64,000 nucleotides of DNA from Mobula birostris (Eukaryota). The translations under genes were made by a program, and so were the position numbers. The DNA lies in NCBI RefSeq assembly GCF_030028105.1, contig NC_092380.1:82519717-82583716 (forward strand), read 5' to 3'. This document shows positions 50,675-62,765 of this stretch, one piece after another. The notes below the pieces were generated by a model. It worked only from the letters and a program-made list of their open reading frames with translations. It did not search any database and had not been told where the DNA came from. Within the stretch, counting starts at the first letter, position 1. The number at the start of each line of letters is the position of its first letter.

Positions 50675-50680
50675 AATAAA
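50675..50680 (+). terminator. NDUFS3 polyadenylation signal
   Basis: AATAAA about 107 nt after the stop, with upstream TGTA motifs and downstream T/GT-rich sequence. Confidence 0.75.
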
Positions 50681-50911
50681 TTGCATGTACAAGTTAGCTC
50701 TGCTGTACTTTTAATTGTATTTCAGTTCTTAATTTCTTATGTGCCACAGAAGGATATGTTTAACTTGGAAATCTAACTAACAGTGAGATAGAGAAGTTCT
50801 TTTGATTTTGTCGTGAAACTTTGCCTGATTTCTTCTTTTTTCAAAGGTTCCTTTAATGTGGGCATTGGATTTGTAGTTCTGTGATGGACTGAGCCTAGTA
50901 AATCTATTGAG

Positions 50912-52032
50912 CAGGGTTTCTCAACCAGGGTTCTGCAAGAGATCATGATTTTTAAAAAACACACATCATTTTTTGAACTTTGCACAATGTTAGCACTCAC
51001 AGTGGTGGGCAGAGACCGAGCAGCCCCATTCGAATCTCGTTAGAGGTCTTCCAGCGTAGTATGGCAGTTTATGACATGTGGTAGGGGAGTCTGTTGATAA
51101 TTGGTGAGCAATGTATTGCACAAAGGGGAGGACAGTACGCTGATGAGAAGCATAAAGTACATTTTCTGAGCATTGAACGGACTCGCCCAACTTGGGCTGT
51201 GACATCAACCTCTCCCTCCTGAATTATGTCCTCCAACTTCCGCTTGCGCACTGCCGACTGCCTCATGGGAGCGAACAAGCTCTACCAGTGTAGTAGAAAA
51301 CTGGAGGGAAGTTTCATTCTAAAGAAGGAATTTTTATGCACCATGACTCTGCTGCTGGTGGCCTGCCGCTTTGCAAAGGGTGGATTGTGTATGTTAGAAG
51401 TGAATTGTATTGTGAAGTTTTCATATTTTTTGTGTGGTTTTCTTGTTTAGTTATTTATTACGCTGTTCTTTTTTTGTATTTTATTAACCCCTATTCCATT
51501 GTGCCTAGTCTGTAGCAAACAACTACAAATGCAGCAATGGCTCCAGTAAAACTGAAAAGACACATAACTACAAATCACAGTCATATGACTCGTAAAAGTG
51601 CTGGTTATTTTAAATGGCTATTGGAATCTCAAAACAAACAGTAAAGCTTGTAATTAAAATCAACTTACACTCTTTAATTAAATTAAATCTACCAAGCCCA
51701 CCTTTAGAAAAAGTAAATCCCATGTTGGCTTAAGCCAGTAATTTAACAGAATTAAGTTTGCCTTACGAGTTTTAAAATTTATGAAAGGGAAAGAGATTAA
51801 TTTCAAGAAAGGTAATCTCATTTTAATTACCGTTTTTCAAGAAAGGTTGACTAAAAATTCATTCTCTATTCAAAAGAGCATTGACAATTACTTTTAGATT
51901 ATTATATCTACAACTTACTGACCATGCAAACATACCTTGAGCTGTAGATATAATAGTTTTTACACAGTGATTCCCTGAGACCTAAAAATCATTTCAAGGG
52001 TTCCTCCAGGGCAGAAAGGTTGAGAAAGGCTG
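50912..52032. mobile_element. Non-autonomous hAT element (~1.1 kb)
   Basis: TIRs CAGGGTTTCTCAACC / GGTTGAGAAAGGCTG; TSD CTATTGAG / CTATAGAG (7 of 8 bases match). Confidence 0.82.
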
Positions 52033-52151
52033 CTATAGAGTAATAACTATACAGAATAAAACAAAGACTGTCCAACTTGGGCCTTCAGCTAGAGTGCAGA
52101 AAGCAACAAACTGTGCAAATACAAAAAGAAGAAACAATAATAAATAAACAA

Positions 52152-52510
52152 GGCAAAGTAATATACTTGTGTAGCACTTTTGAAATTCAACATTCAAAGT
52201 GCCTTACATAAAGCAAGATATAAAAAAAAACATCAAATTTCAGACAACATAAAGAGAATAAAATCACACATAATAAGGAAATAAAAGTTACAGTGCAGGA
52301 GATTCTAATTAAAAGCTACAGCAAAAAGAAAAGTTGTAAGCCTCGATTTAAAGTTGGGAAGGACTTCAGATTCTCTAGGAGATTATTCCAGATATGTGGA
52401 GCACAGTAACTAAAAACTGCTTCACCATGTTTTGATCCTGGAAATGGTAAGCAGACCTGCCCCAGAGGACCTGTGAGCTCGGGAAGGATCATAATGCAGC
52501 AAGAGATGGG
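52152..52510 (-). mobile_element. L2-like LINE 3' end nested in a Rex-like 3' UTR
   Basis: LLLHYDPSRAHRSSGAGLLTISRIKT resembles the L2 C-terminus; 10-bp TSD AAATAAACAA at 52142-52151 and 52511-52520. Confidence 0.65.
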
Positions 52511-52579
52511 AAATAAACAATAAATAGTAAGAACTTGGAATGAAAAGTCCTTGAAGGTGAGTCCATAGGTTGGGGGAAC

Positions 52580-54050
52580 GTTGACTGGCTATCACAGCCT
52601 GGTATGGAAACACCAATGGCCTTGAATGGAATGTACTACAAAAAGTAGTGAATACAGCCCAGTCCATCATGGGTAAAGCCCTCCTAACCTCATCCTAATG
52701 ATTGAAGGGTAGAACTGTTCCTGATCCAGGTGGTTTTAATCTTGGGGCTCTTGTATCTTCTTCCTGATGGCAGCAGCAAGAAGAGAGAATGTCCTACGTG
52801 GTGGGGCTCCCTGATGATGAATGCTGCTTTCTTGTGACGGCATTTCATGTAGATGTGCTCAATGGTTGTGAGGGCATTACCTGTGATGTATCCACTAATA
52901 TTGTAGTATATCCTGTTCAAGGGCATTGGTGTTTCCATACCAGCTGTGATGCAGCCAGTCAATATACCCTCCACTATATATCTATAGACATTTGTCAAAC
53001 TTTAAGGTGTCATGCCATATTTATAAACTAAGGAAGTAAAGGCACTGCTATGCTTTCTTCATAATTGCATTTGCATGCTGGGCCCAGGACAAGTCCTCTG
53101 AAATAATAACACCTAAGAATTTAAAGTTGCTAACCCTCTGATCCTCCAATGAGGACTGGCTCATGAACCTTTGTTTTCCTTCTCTTGAAGTCAGTTATCA
53201 GCTCCTTGGTCTTGCTGACATTGTGAGAGGTTGTTGTTAGGACGCCACTAACCCAGATTTTCAACCTTCCTCCAACCTTCATCACTACCTTTGATTTGGC
53301 CTACCACAGTGGTGTCGTCAGCAAACTTGAATATGGCATTGGAGCTGTGCTCAGCCACACAGTCATAACTGTAAAGTGAGTAGATCAGGGGACTAAACAC
53401 ACTGCCTTGTGTACCTGTGCTGATGGAGATCATATACAGTGAAAAGCTTGTTTTGCATATCGTTTGTACAGAACAGATCATTACACAGTGCATGGAGGCA
53501 GAACAAGGTAAAACCTCAGAGGAAGTGCAGTGCAGACAATAAGGTGCAAGATCATAAGGTGGATTGTGAGGTCTGGACAACCTCTTACTCAAGTCAGCAA
53601 GACCAAGAAGCTGAATATTGACTTCAGGAGGAGGAAGCCAGTGGTCCATGTGCCAGTCCTCATTGAGAGTTCGGAGGTGGAGAGTGTTAGCAACTTCAAG
53701 TTCCTTGGTGTTATTTCAAAAGATCTGTCCTGGGTCCAGCATGTAAGTGCCATTATGATTAAGTGATTTCCTCACTTGCAGTCCCTGGTCAGGTTGGATT
53801 GGCAGGTTCTTTCAGGTCTTTGTATCTTTTGCCTGAAGAGGGGATAAGAGATAAAGTCAGGAGTGAGTGGGGTCTATGCTGGCTGCTTTACTGAGGCAGT
53901 GAGAAATGTTGATAGATTCCATAGAGGGGAGGCTGGCTTTTGTGATGTGCTGAGTTGTGTCCACAACTTTCTATGGTTTCTTGCAGTCATGTGCAGAGCA
54001 GCTGCCATACCAAGCCATTATGGGATGCTTAATATGGTGCATTAAATAAA
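52580..54050. mobile_element. Jumble of Rex1/Babar-like fragments in both orientations
   Basis: Minus-strand FKFADDTTVVG and LPSGRRYKS; plus-strand fragments at 52580-52690 and 53575-53760. Confidence 0.75.
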
Positions 54051-54109
54051 AGTTGGTCCAGCATCTGTCATATTTATTTTGATAAAATTAATTTACAAAT
54101 CTTAGAATT

Positions 54110-54481
54110 GTGCGAGCAAGGAGGCCTACAAACATGACTCAGTTACACCAATTAGAGCAAAATTCCAGCAATTTACTGTGAGAAGCTTGTGGAAGGCTAC
54201 CCAGAACGTTTTACCCAAGTTAAATAATTTAAAGGCAATGCCACCAAATACTAACAAGGTGTATGTAAACTTCTGACCGACGGGGAAAGTGATGAAGGAA
54301 ATAAAAGCTGAAAGAAATCATTCTCTCTGCTATTATTCTGACATTTCACATTCTTCAAATAAAGTAGTGATCCTAACTGACCTAAGACAGGGAATGTTTT
54401 CTAGGAATAAATATCAGGAATTGTGAAAAACTGAGTTTAGATGTACTTGGCTAAGGTGTAGTAAACTTCTGACTTCAACTG
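54110..54481 (+). mobile_element. Sleeping Beauty-like Tc1 right end (transposase C-terminus plus complete right IR/DR)
   Basis: VRARRPTNMTQLHQ..YCEKLVEGYPERFTQVK*FKGNATKY-TAA; inner DR GTGTATGTAAACTTCTGAC at ~54259; terminus AAACTTCTGACTTCAACTG|TA. Confidence 0.9.
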
Positions 54482-54679
54482 TAGATACACAAGCCTGGAC
54501 AGTATAATATAGAGAGCAAGCTGTTGCCTGTGTAGCAAGATGAACCCAAAGGAACAGCAGAGATGAATACCGTTTGGTACCAGCAACATTGCAGGAGTTG
54601 CCAGTCAACATTGAACTCAATGTAGGACTACCCTGGGGATTGCGGCTCTGGATTTTTCCCTCAGTGTTTACTCCTGAAG

Positions 54680-55760
54680 CTTTATGTATGGTGGAGAGCA
54701 TGCTGACTGGTTGCGTCACTGACTAGTATGGAGGCATCAATGCACAGGATAGAAAGAGTCTGCAGAGCACTGTGGGACTCGGGCAACTCCATCACTAGCA
54801 CAGCCCTCCCCATAATCAAGGACAAGTCCTGTCCTGGAACAATCACCTACTGTAAGCATTGTCACAATGAAGGCTTGACAGTGCTACTTTCTTAGAGGTT
54901 TGCGTAGATTCATCACATCACCAAGAATTTTGACAAACTTCTAGAGATGCCCTTTTTCCCAGGGCTGAAATGGCTAACACGAGGCGGCATAGTTTTAAAG
55001 TGCTTGGAAGTTAGTACAGAGGGGATGTCAGGGGTAAATTTTTCCATTCACAGTGTGGTGGGTGCATGGAATGCACTGCCAGCGACAGTGATAGAGGCAG
55101 ATACAATCGGATCTCTTAAGAGACTCTTAGATAGGTACATGGTATGCAGTAGGGAAATTCTAGGCAGTTTCTAGAGTGGGTTACATAGTCAGCACAACAT
55201 TGTGGGCTGAAGGGCCTGTAATGTGCTGTAGATTTCTATGTTCTATGTTCTATGCACAGTGGAGAGTATCCTAACTGGTTGCATAGTAGCCAGTTTGGAA
55301 ACACCAATGCCCACGAATGGAAATTGTTACAGAAAGTGGTGGACACACCTGACTCCATCACAGGTAAAGCCCTCCCCACGAATACGTTTTAATAGAGTGC
55401 TGCCACAAGAAAGCAGCATCCATCATCACAGATCCCAACCATCCAGGTCATGCCCTCTTCTCTCTACTATCAGTGGGCAGAAGATAACAGAGTCCTGGGT
55501 CCTACACGACCAGGTTCAGGAACAGTTGTTACAACCATCCGGCTCCTGAATCAGCATGGATAGCTCCAATCATCACTATTCTGAATTGATTCTACGACCA
55601 CAGATTCACTTTCAAGGACTATTTACAACTCATGTTCTCAATTTTTTTTTATTCATACAGCTTGTTTTCTTTTGTTAGTCTTTCTGTATAATTTTTATAA
55701 ATTCTATTTTATTTTTTCCTGTAAATGCCTGCAAGAAAATAAATCTCAAGATACTACATA
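54680..55760 (+). mobile_element. Rex1-like 3' fragments with a CR1 3' end inserted at ~54950-55250
   Basis: The Rex reading (TNF.RCTVESILTGCI) is split by CR1 sequence that ends in (TTCTATG)n. Confidence 0.7.
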
Positions 55761-55779
55761 GTTAACATATTCAGTATCA

Positions 55780-55950
55780 TTATCTTTCTCTTTCCTACCC
55801 ACCTGGCTTCACCTCTCACCTTCTAGCTTTCCTACCTCTCTTTCCCCTACCTTTTTATTTTGGTGCCTTCCCCATCCTTTCTAGTACTGAAGAAGGGCCT
55901 TGGCTCGAAACGTCGACTGTTTATTCATTTCCATAGATGCTGCCTGACCT
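55780..55950 (+). mobile_element. Penelope pseudo-LTR fragment with a minimal hammerhead ribozyme motif (55883-55918)
   Basis: AGTA-CTGAAGA-A-GGGC.CTTG.GCTC-GAAAC-GTC-GACT. Confidence 0.7.
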
Positions 55951-57911
55951 ACAACAAAGAACAACTAAACAAGAAATAAGGAAAGGGAAGATAGAGTATG
56001 AAAGTAAATTAGCACAAAATATAAAAACAGATAGCAAAAGTTTTTATAAATATATAAAGTGAAAGAGGGTGGCTGAAGTCAACAGGAGTCCCGTGGAAGA
56101 CAAGAAGGGGAAACTGATATTGGGTGATAAGGATATGGCTGAGGCATTGAACGACTATTTTGTGTGGGTCTTCACGATGGAGGACACATCTAATATGCCA
56201 AAGAGTGATGTTATGGAGAAAATGGAAGGTGAGGACCTCGATGAAGTCACTGTCACTAAAGAGATAGTGATGAGAAAACTAGAGGGCCTGAAGGTAGTTA
56301 AGTCCCCTGGTCCTGATGGGATGCAACCCAGGATGCTGACGGAATTGGCGGAGGTTATAGTAGACGCGTTGGTAATCATTTAGCAAAATTCTCTATAGAC
56401 TCTGGGCAGGTCCCGGCGGATTGGTAGACAGCAAATGTCATGCCACTTTTTAAAAAAGGATGCAGGCAAAAGATGGGCAACTATAGGCCAGTTAACTTAA
56501 CATCTGTAGTTGAGAAAATGCTTGAAGCTGTCATTAAGGAAGAAATAGCTAAATATTTAGAAAGGCGTGGTTCCATTAGACAGATGCAGCATGGATTCAG
56601 AAAGGGCACGTCCTGTTTGACAAACTTACTGGAGTTCTTTGAGGACGTAATGAGTGCAGTGGATAGAAGGGAACAGGTGGATGTTGTATACTTGGGTTTC
56701 CAGAAGGCATTCGATAAGGTGCCACACAAGAGACTTATAAATAAGATACAGATGCATGGAGTTGGAGGAAGTGTATTGGCATGGATAGTGGGTTGGTTCA
56801 CCAGTAGAAGGCAGAGAGTTGATATAAATGGGTGTTTCTCCGGTTGGCAGTCTGTGGTGAGCGGGGTGCCGCAGGGGTTGGGGCTGGGCCCGCAGCTGTT
56901 TACCATTTACATTGATGATTTGGAAGAGGGGATTGAGTGTAGCGTAGCAAAATTTGCTGATGACACTAAACTGAGTGGAGAAACAAATCGTACAGAGGAG
57001 GTGGAGTATCTGCAGAGGGATATAGATAGGTTAAGTGAGTGGGCCAAGGTCTGGCAGATGGAATACAACATTGGTAAATGTGAGATCATCCACTTTGGAA
57101 GGAATAATAGGAGAACCAATTATTATTTAAATGGTGAAAGGGAAGATTATTATTTAAATGGTAAAAAATTGCAGCATGCTGCTGTGCAGAGGGACTTGGG
57201 AGTGCTTGTGCATGAATCACAAAAGGTTGGTTTGCAGGTACAGCAGGCTATCAAGAAGGCAAATGGAACGTTGACCTTCATTGCTAGAGGGATTGAATTA
57301 AAGAGCAGTGAAATTATGCTGCAACTATACAGGGTATTGGTGAGGCTGCACCTGGAGTACTGCGTGCAATTCTGCTCTCCTTACTTGAGGACGGATATAC
57401 TGGCTTTGGAGGCGGTGCAGAGGAGGTTCACCAGGTTGATTCCAGAGATGAGGGGGTTAGACTATGAGGAGAGATTGAGTCGCCTGGGACTGTATTCGCT
57501 GGAATTCAGAAGAATGAGAGGAGATCGTATAGAAACATAAAACATTATGAAAGGGATAAATGAGATAGAGGAAGGAAAGTTGTTTCCACTGGTAGGTGAG
57601 ACTAGCACTAGGGGACATAGCCTCAAGATTCGGGGGAGTAGATTTAGGACAGAGATGAGGAGGAATTGCTTTTCCCAGAGAGTGGTGAATCTGTGGAATT
57701 CTCTGCCTAATGAAGTAGTGCAGGATACCTTTGTAAATATATTTAAGACAAGGTCGGATAGATTTTTACATAGGGGAACTAAGGGTTATAGGAAAAAGGC
57801 AGGTAGGTGGAGATGAGTCCATGGCCAGATCAGCCATGATCTTACTGAATGGCCCAGCAGGCTCGACGGGCCAGGTGGCCTACTCTTGCTCCTATTTCTT
57901 ATGTTCTCATG
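55951..57911 (+). mobile_element. 5'-truncated CR1 LINE with a largely open RT
   Basis: ORF 56440-57540 (366 aa: NYRPVNLTS, QHGFRKG, FQKAFDKVPH, SGVPQG, KFADDTKL), followed by a 3' UTR and a TTCTTATG tail. Confidence 0.95.
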
Positions 57912-58714
57912 TGAACACAATTCAAACCCTACTAATATCCTATAAAACAGTTTGAGAACACAGATATGTGACTTGGAACAGAGAGAGGCCCTCCTCAACT
58001 AGAGTAACAAGGTATCCAGCACTAAAGGAAAAGCAAGACTGGAACTACTGCAAAAGAGACAGAGACAGAGGCACTGGATAATGGAATGGAGCAGAATAAG
58101 AGAGTGAGTTGGTGGACCATTAGTATACATTTGTGTCAGCCTTTTACTAGATAGAGAAGTTGAAGAAGAACCAGAGATGGACATAGCAAGTTGAGAGAAA
58201 ACTTTGTTAGCAAAGCTGGTGAAACATTCCAAATCAACATGAAAGCAGAAATCTGCACACATGCAGTATCCTAAGGGAGGGAACTTCTCTAACATTCAAT
58301 CAGAAAATACCCCACATATTATTAAAAGGAATAAGCAAGATATTGGTCTCCATGAATTTGCACAGATGCAATTTAATAGAAGTAGAGTGACAGAATAATT
58401 TTCACAGATGAAAAAAAACTCTAGAGAAGCTTTCTGCTAATGCAGCCAAGAGGCATAGAAAAGTAATTAGCTGTTTTCCTTGCATTAAAATGGCACTTGC
58501 AATTTATTTAATACTCTTAAAAGTTCCATTAAAAGATCATGAGATTAAATAATAGCAACTCAAAATAGCACTGAGGTGTTGCTCATGTAATACTACTCTG
58601 TGTCAACAAGTGGGCTGTATATCTTGTGTTGTGAGCAGCTTTCTTAATAGCTCTTAACTCAGGTTTGGAAATAAATAAATGGGCCTTCCTCCATAATACG
58701 CATCAATTTTACTC

Positions 58715-59875
58715 AAGATTCAAGATTATTTAATGTTATTTTCTGTACATAAGTGTAAGGAGAAAGAAATCATTGTTCTTCCGGATCTGACACAACACAA
58801 AAAAACCCCAAAAAACCCACAATAATAATAAAAATATAAATACATTATGTAGTTTATATACATTGATTTTATGTCCATAAAATAATGCTAGACTGTACAT
58901 AATTTGACTGATGGGAAATAATAAAGTAATGGTGGAGTTAGTGGGTGGAGGTGTTGATCAGCCTTACTGCTTGAGGAAAGTAGCTGTTTTTGTGTGTGAT
59001 GGTCCTGGAGTGGATGCTACGTAGTCTCCTCCTTGATGGAATGGGACAAACAATCCATGAGCAGGGTGGGTGGGATCCTTCATGATGTTGCTGGACTTTT
59101 CCCGGCACCTTTCTGTACAGTATGTATGTCCCTGATAGTGGGTAGACAGGTGCCAGTGATGTTTTAGGCAGTTTTGATGTGATTGTCAGGATGTTTGGCT
59201 GTGAGAAGAGTGTGCAGTAACGAGCTCAGCACACAGCCCTGAGGTTACCTGTTTTGAGGATGATGGGGAGAGAAGAGAAGTTCTGCATTCTGTCTATCTG
59301 AGGTCTGCTCATTAGGAAGTCCAACACCCAGTTGCACAGTGGTGTATTTAGACTGACGCGTAGGAGCTTGTTCACCAAGATCTGTGGGACAATAATGTTG
59401 AATGCTGAACTGAAATCCAGAAACAGCATTCTGACATAACTGTCCTTGTTTTCCAGGTGTGTCAGGGTCAGGTGCGTGACAGATGCTATGGTGTCTGTTG
59501 TAGAGTGGTTCTGTCAGTGGTGAGTGTCCAGTGTGATAGGATTGGAGTTTTTGATGTGTGCCATTATCAGCTGTTCAAAGCACTTCATTATGTTTTGTGT
59601 CAGTGCCACTGGGCGGTAGTCATTTAGTTCTGAAGGCGTATTGTTCTTTGGCACAGGGATGATGGAGGCTGATTTGAAGCATGTGGGGACAGCAGTCTGG
59701 AAGAGTGAAGTGTTGTAGATGTCCATGAAGACTTTAGTGAGCTGGTGTGCACACCCCCGAGTACTGGGATGTTGCGATTGGTATGCTGGGATTAACATGG
59801 AGATCTGGTCAGAGAGGCCAAGATAAGGATGTGGCTTTAATGGATTAATGATTGAATGGAAACTTATTGCTTTCA
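58715..59875 (-). mobile_element. Decayed Rex1/Babar-like LINE
   Basis: [10 protein letters not shown] and MLFLDFSSAFN motifs; ATCTTGAATCTTGA tail on the minus strand. Confidence 0.8.
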
Positions 59876-60249
59876 TATTCAGCATCTTTAGGTATAAAAC
59901 ACCAGTGCCTCACAGTTTCTTTGAACTTTGAGAATACTACTTAACTATTAAGGCCTTACCATAACAACATGTGTAAAGACAGGTTCTTTGTACATCGAAG
60001 TTGGTGAATGTCCTCAATAAATGTTTCAGGTTTATTATTGTTGACATATGTCATGAAATTTGTTGTTTTGAGGCAGCAATACAGTGCAAGTTACTACAAG
60101 TTACAATAGATAGTGTAAGAGTGGAGTAGTGACATGGTATTCATGGGTCATTCAGATATATGCTGGCAGAGGGGAAGATGATGTTGACTGTGGGTCTTCA
60201 GGATCCTCTACCTCTTCCCCGATGGTAGTAATCAGAAGAGTGCATGTCA

Positions 60250-60975
60250 CTACCATTCAGGGCCCTAAACAGTCCTCCCAGGTGAGGCGACACTTCACCT
60301 GTGAGTCTGTTGGGTTCATTTACTGTGTTCGGTGCTCCCGGTGTGGCCTCTTGTATATTGGTGAGACCTGACGTAGATTGGGAGACCGCTTCGCCAAGTA
60401 TCTACGCTCTGTCCACCAGAACAAGTGGGATCTCCCAGTGGCCACCCATTTTAATTCCACTTCCCATTCCCATTCCAATATGTCCATCCATGGCCTCCTC
60501 CACTGTCGTGATGAGACCACACTTAGGTTGGAGGATCAACACCTTATATTTTATTTGGGTAGCCTCCAACCAGATGAAATGAACATCGATTTCTCAAACT
60601 TCTGGTAATGCCCCGCCATCATCATTTCTCACCCCCTTTTCCCTCTCTCACCTTATTTCCTCGCCCGCCCATCGCCTCCCTCTGGTGCTCTTCCGCACTT
60701 TTTGTTTCTTCCTTGGCCTTCTGTCTCTTTCATCAGTCCACTTCCCAGCTCTTTACTTCAATTCTCCCCCTCCAGGTTTCACCAATCACTTGGTCATTCT
60801 CTCTCCCCTTCCCCACCTTTTAGATCTACTCCTCAGCATTTTTTTCTCCAGTCCTGCCAAAGGGTTTCGACCCAAAATGCCGACAGTACTTCTTTCCATT
60901 GATGCTGCCTGGCCTGCTGAGTTCCTCCGGCATTTTGTGTGTGTTGGTTGGATTTCCAGCACCTGCAGATCTTCT
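60250..60975 (+). mobile_element. Penelope-like element 3' end: GIY-YIG endonuclease plus pseudo-LTR
   Basis: FTCESVGFIYCVRCSRCGLLYIGET*RRLGDRF...HFN...NIDFS (GIY-YIG with CxxC); the pseudo-LTR ends GATTTCCAGCACCTGCAGATCTTCTC. Confidence 0.9.
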
Positions 60976-61474
60976 CCGGATGGGCATTTTGTAGGATGAC
61001 TGACCTACATCCTCACTCCCCAAAACCTTTCAATCTTCACCAGGACAGAAAAATTGCGGAGTATTCCACCCATTTAAAAAATGTCCTGGAGAAATTTTCC
61101 AACACCTCCCTAGCTGTAGGATCATAGAGTCATAGAAAAGTACAGCACAGAAACAGTCCATTTGGCCCATCTAGTCCATGCTGAACTATTTAAGCTGCCT
61201 ACTCCCATTGACCTGCACCGGGACCATAACCCTCCATGTACCTATCTCAAACCCAGAGGGGCTTCAAATGCTGTGGAGTAGCAATAATTCTAAGTACCCC
61301 TCTGTACTCAGCCCCAAGTTACACACTGTCCTCTGTTGAACATTCACTGTTATTGTATTGCCGCAGACTCAACACACCGTTTGTCCTTGCATCACAGCAG
61401 TATGCCTGCATTGTCACAGCATCACTTCAGTCTTTCAGGTAGATAGTTCATTGTTACACTTTTAAGGTCACTTA

Positions 61475-61941
61475 AGGCTGAGTTATACTTGTGCGTCAAA
61501 TGTACACCGTAGGTATCGCATACTCTACGCCGTAGGGTGACGTGCACCTCCCCAAAAACGTAACTCATGCGTCGCAGCGACGCAGACCGCAGCAACTGTG
61601 ATTGGTCCGCTTGGTAGCATCGCATTTCCTCATATGCATTTCCAGTTGCTTTTCTCCACCATGTCTGTACACTGATGCAAAATAACTGGTTGAAGATGAT
61701 GAACTAATTTGTCAAATCTACCTGCTGACATCCAAGAATATTTGAAATGCATTTCCTCGCCCATGTCTCTCATGAAGAAACTCAACACAGTGGCATAGAA
61801 ACCCCACCGCCAACTAACGTTTCGGCAGTGAATTGCAGAGCGACGCAGACACAACTACGCATGCTCGCTACGGTGTAGGGCTACGCAAAAATATAAATCA
61901 GGCCTACGGCGTAGCCTGTACGCACAAGTATAAATCAGCCT
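61475..61941 (-). mobile_element. PIF/Harbinger deletion derivative (MITE)
   Basis: TIRs AGGCTGAGTTATACTTGTGCGT / ACGCACAAGTATAAATCAGCCT; TTA TSD; remnant EEMHFKYSWMSAGRFDKLVHHLQP resembles a Harbinger transposase N-terminus. Confidence 0.85.
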
Positions 61942-62242
61942 TTAGGAGCAACTCTTGAATACTGGCCCTGGCAATAATGGCCATGTCCTTTGAACAAAAA
62001 TGTTTCTTTTAAAAACACAGTTAATGTTATTGTCAAAGTATTGAGATAATAGTAAGCCATCCAATCATGTATGACATCCAACTAACCAATCATAAATCAC
62101 GTACAGCCCTCATTCACTTCCTATCAATATAGCTAAGAGTAGGTGTGATTGAAATTATCCTGGAGTTCTTCATCCACTGTGTTAGTTCAGTCTATACCAG
62201 TTGTTAAATATCTCTGCAAAGAAAGTAAATGCAGATACATAC

Positions 62243-62392
62243 ATGAGAAAATCTGCAGAAGCAGGAAATCCAAGCAACACACACAAAATGCTGGAGGGGC
62301 TCAGCAGGCCAGGCAGCATCTATGGAAAAGAGTAAACAGTTGACATTTCGGGCCGAGACCTTTCATCAGGATTGGAGAAAAGGAGGAGAAGC
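62243..62392 (-). mobile_element. Penelope pseudo-LTR fragment with a hammerhead core
   Basis: Minus strand reads CTGATGA-AAGGTCTCGGCCC-GAAATGTC (62369-62342). Confidence 0.72.
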
Positions 62393-62479
62393 ACAGATAT
62401 ACGTCCTAAAATGATGATTAGTAGTTTGAATTGAAGGCTCAGCCGGCTGTACGTCATATCGTATGCTCATGAGCCCATC

Positions 62480-62765
62480 TGATGCTGACCTCGGGTGTTG
62501 CCTGTCTGGGATCTGAGCTTGCTTCCTGTGACCATGTGGGTTTTCCCCAGCCACTCCAGTCTCCTCTCATATCCTAAAACTCCACTGGTTTATTAACAAT
62601 TATAAATCACTCCTAGTCTGGGTGGTGGTAGGAGATTGGATGAGGGGTGGGGAGAGGTAATGGCTATGTGAGAAGAAATAAATTACAGGGAAATAAGAGG
62701 GATGATTCCCAAGTGCCGACATGGCTTGATGGGGTGAATAGTCTTCTGCAGTATAAGGAAATATG
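62480..62765 (+). mobile_element. Degenerate V-SINE-like element
   Basis: CCTGTGACCATGTGGGTTTTCCCC...CTCCAGTCTCCTC followed by a CR1-like tail. Confidence 0.45.

Noticed and set aside
56440-57540. Domesticated reverse transcriptase gene
   Set aside because: 5'-truncated CR1 with flanking stops and frameshifts and a short internal duplication (YYLNG twice); an ordinary young copy.
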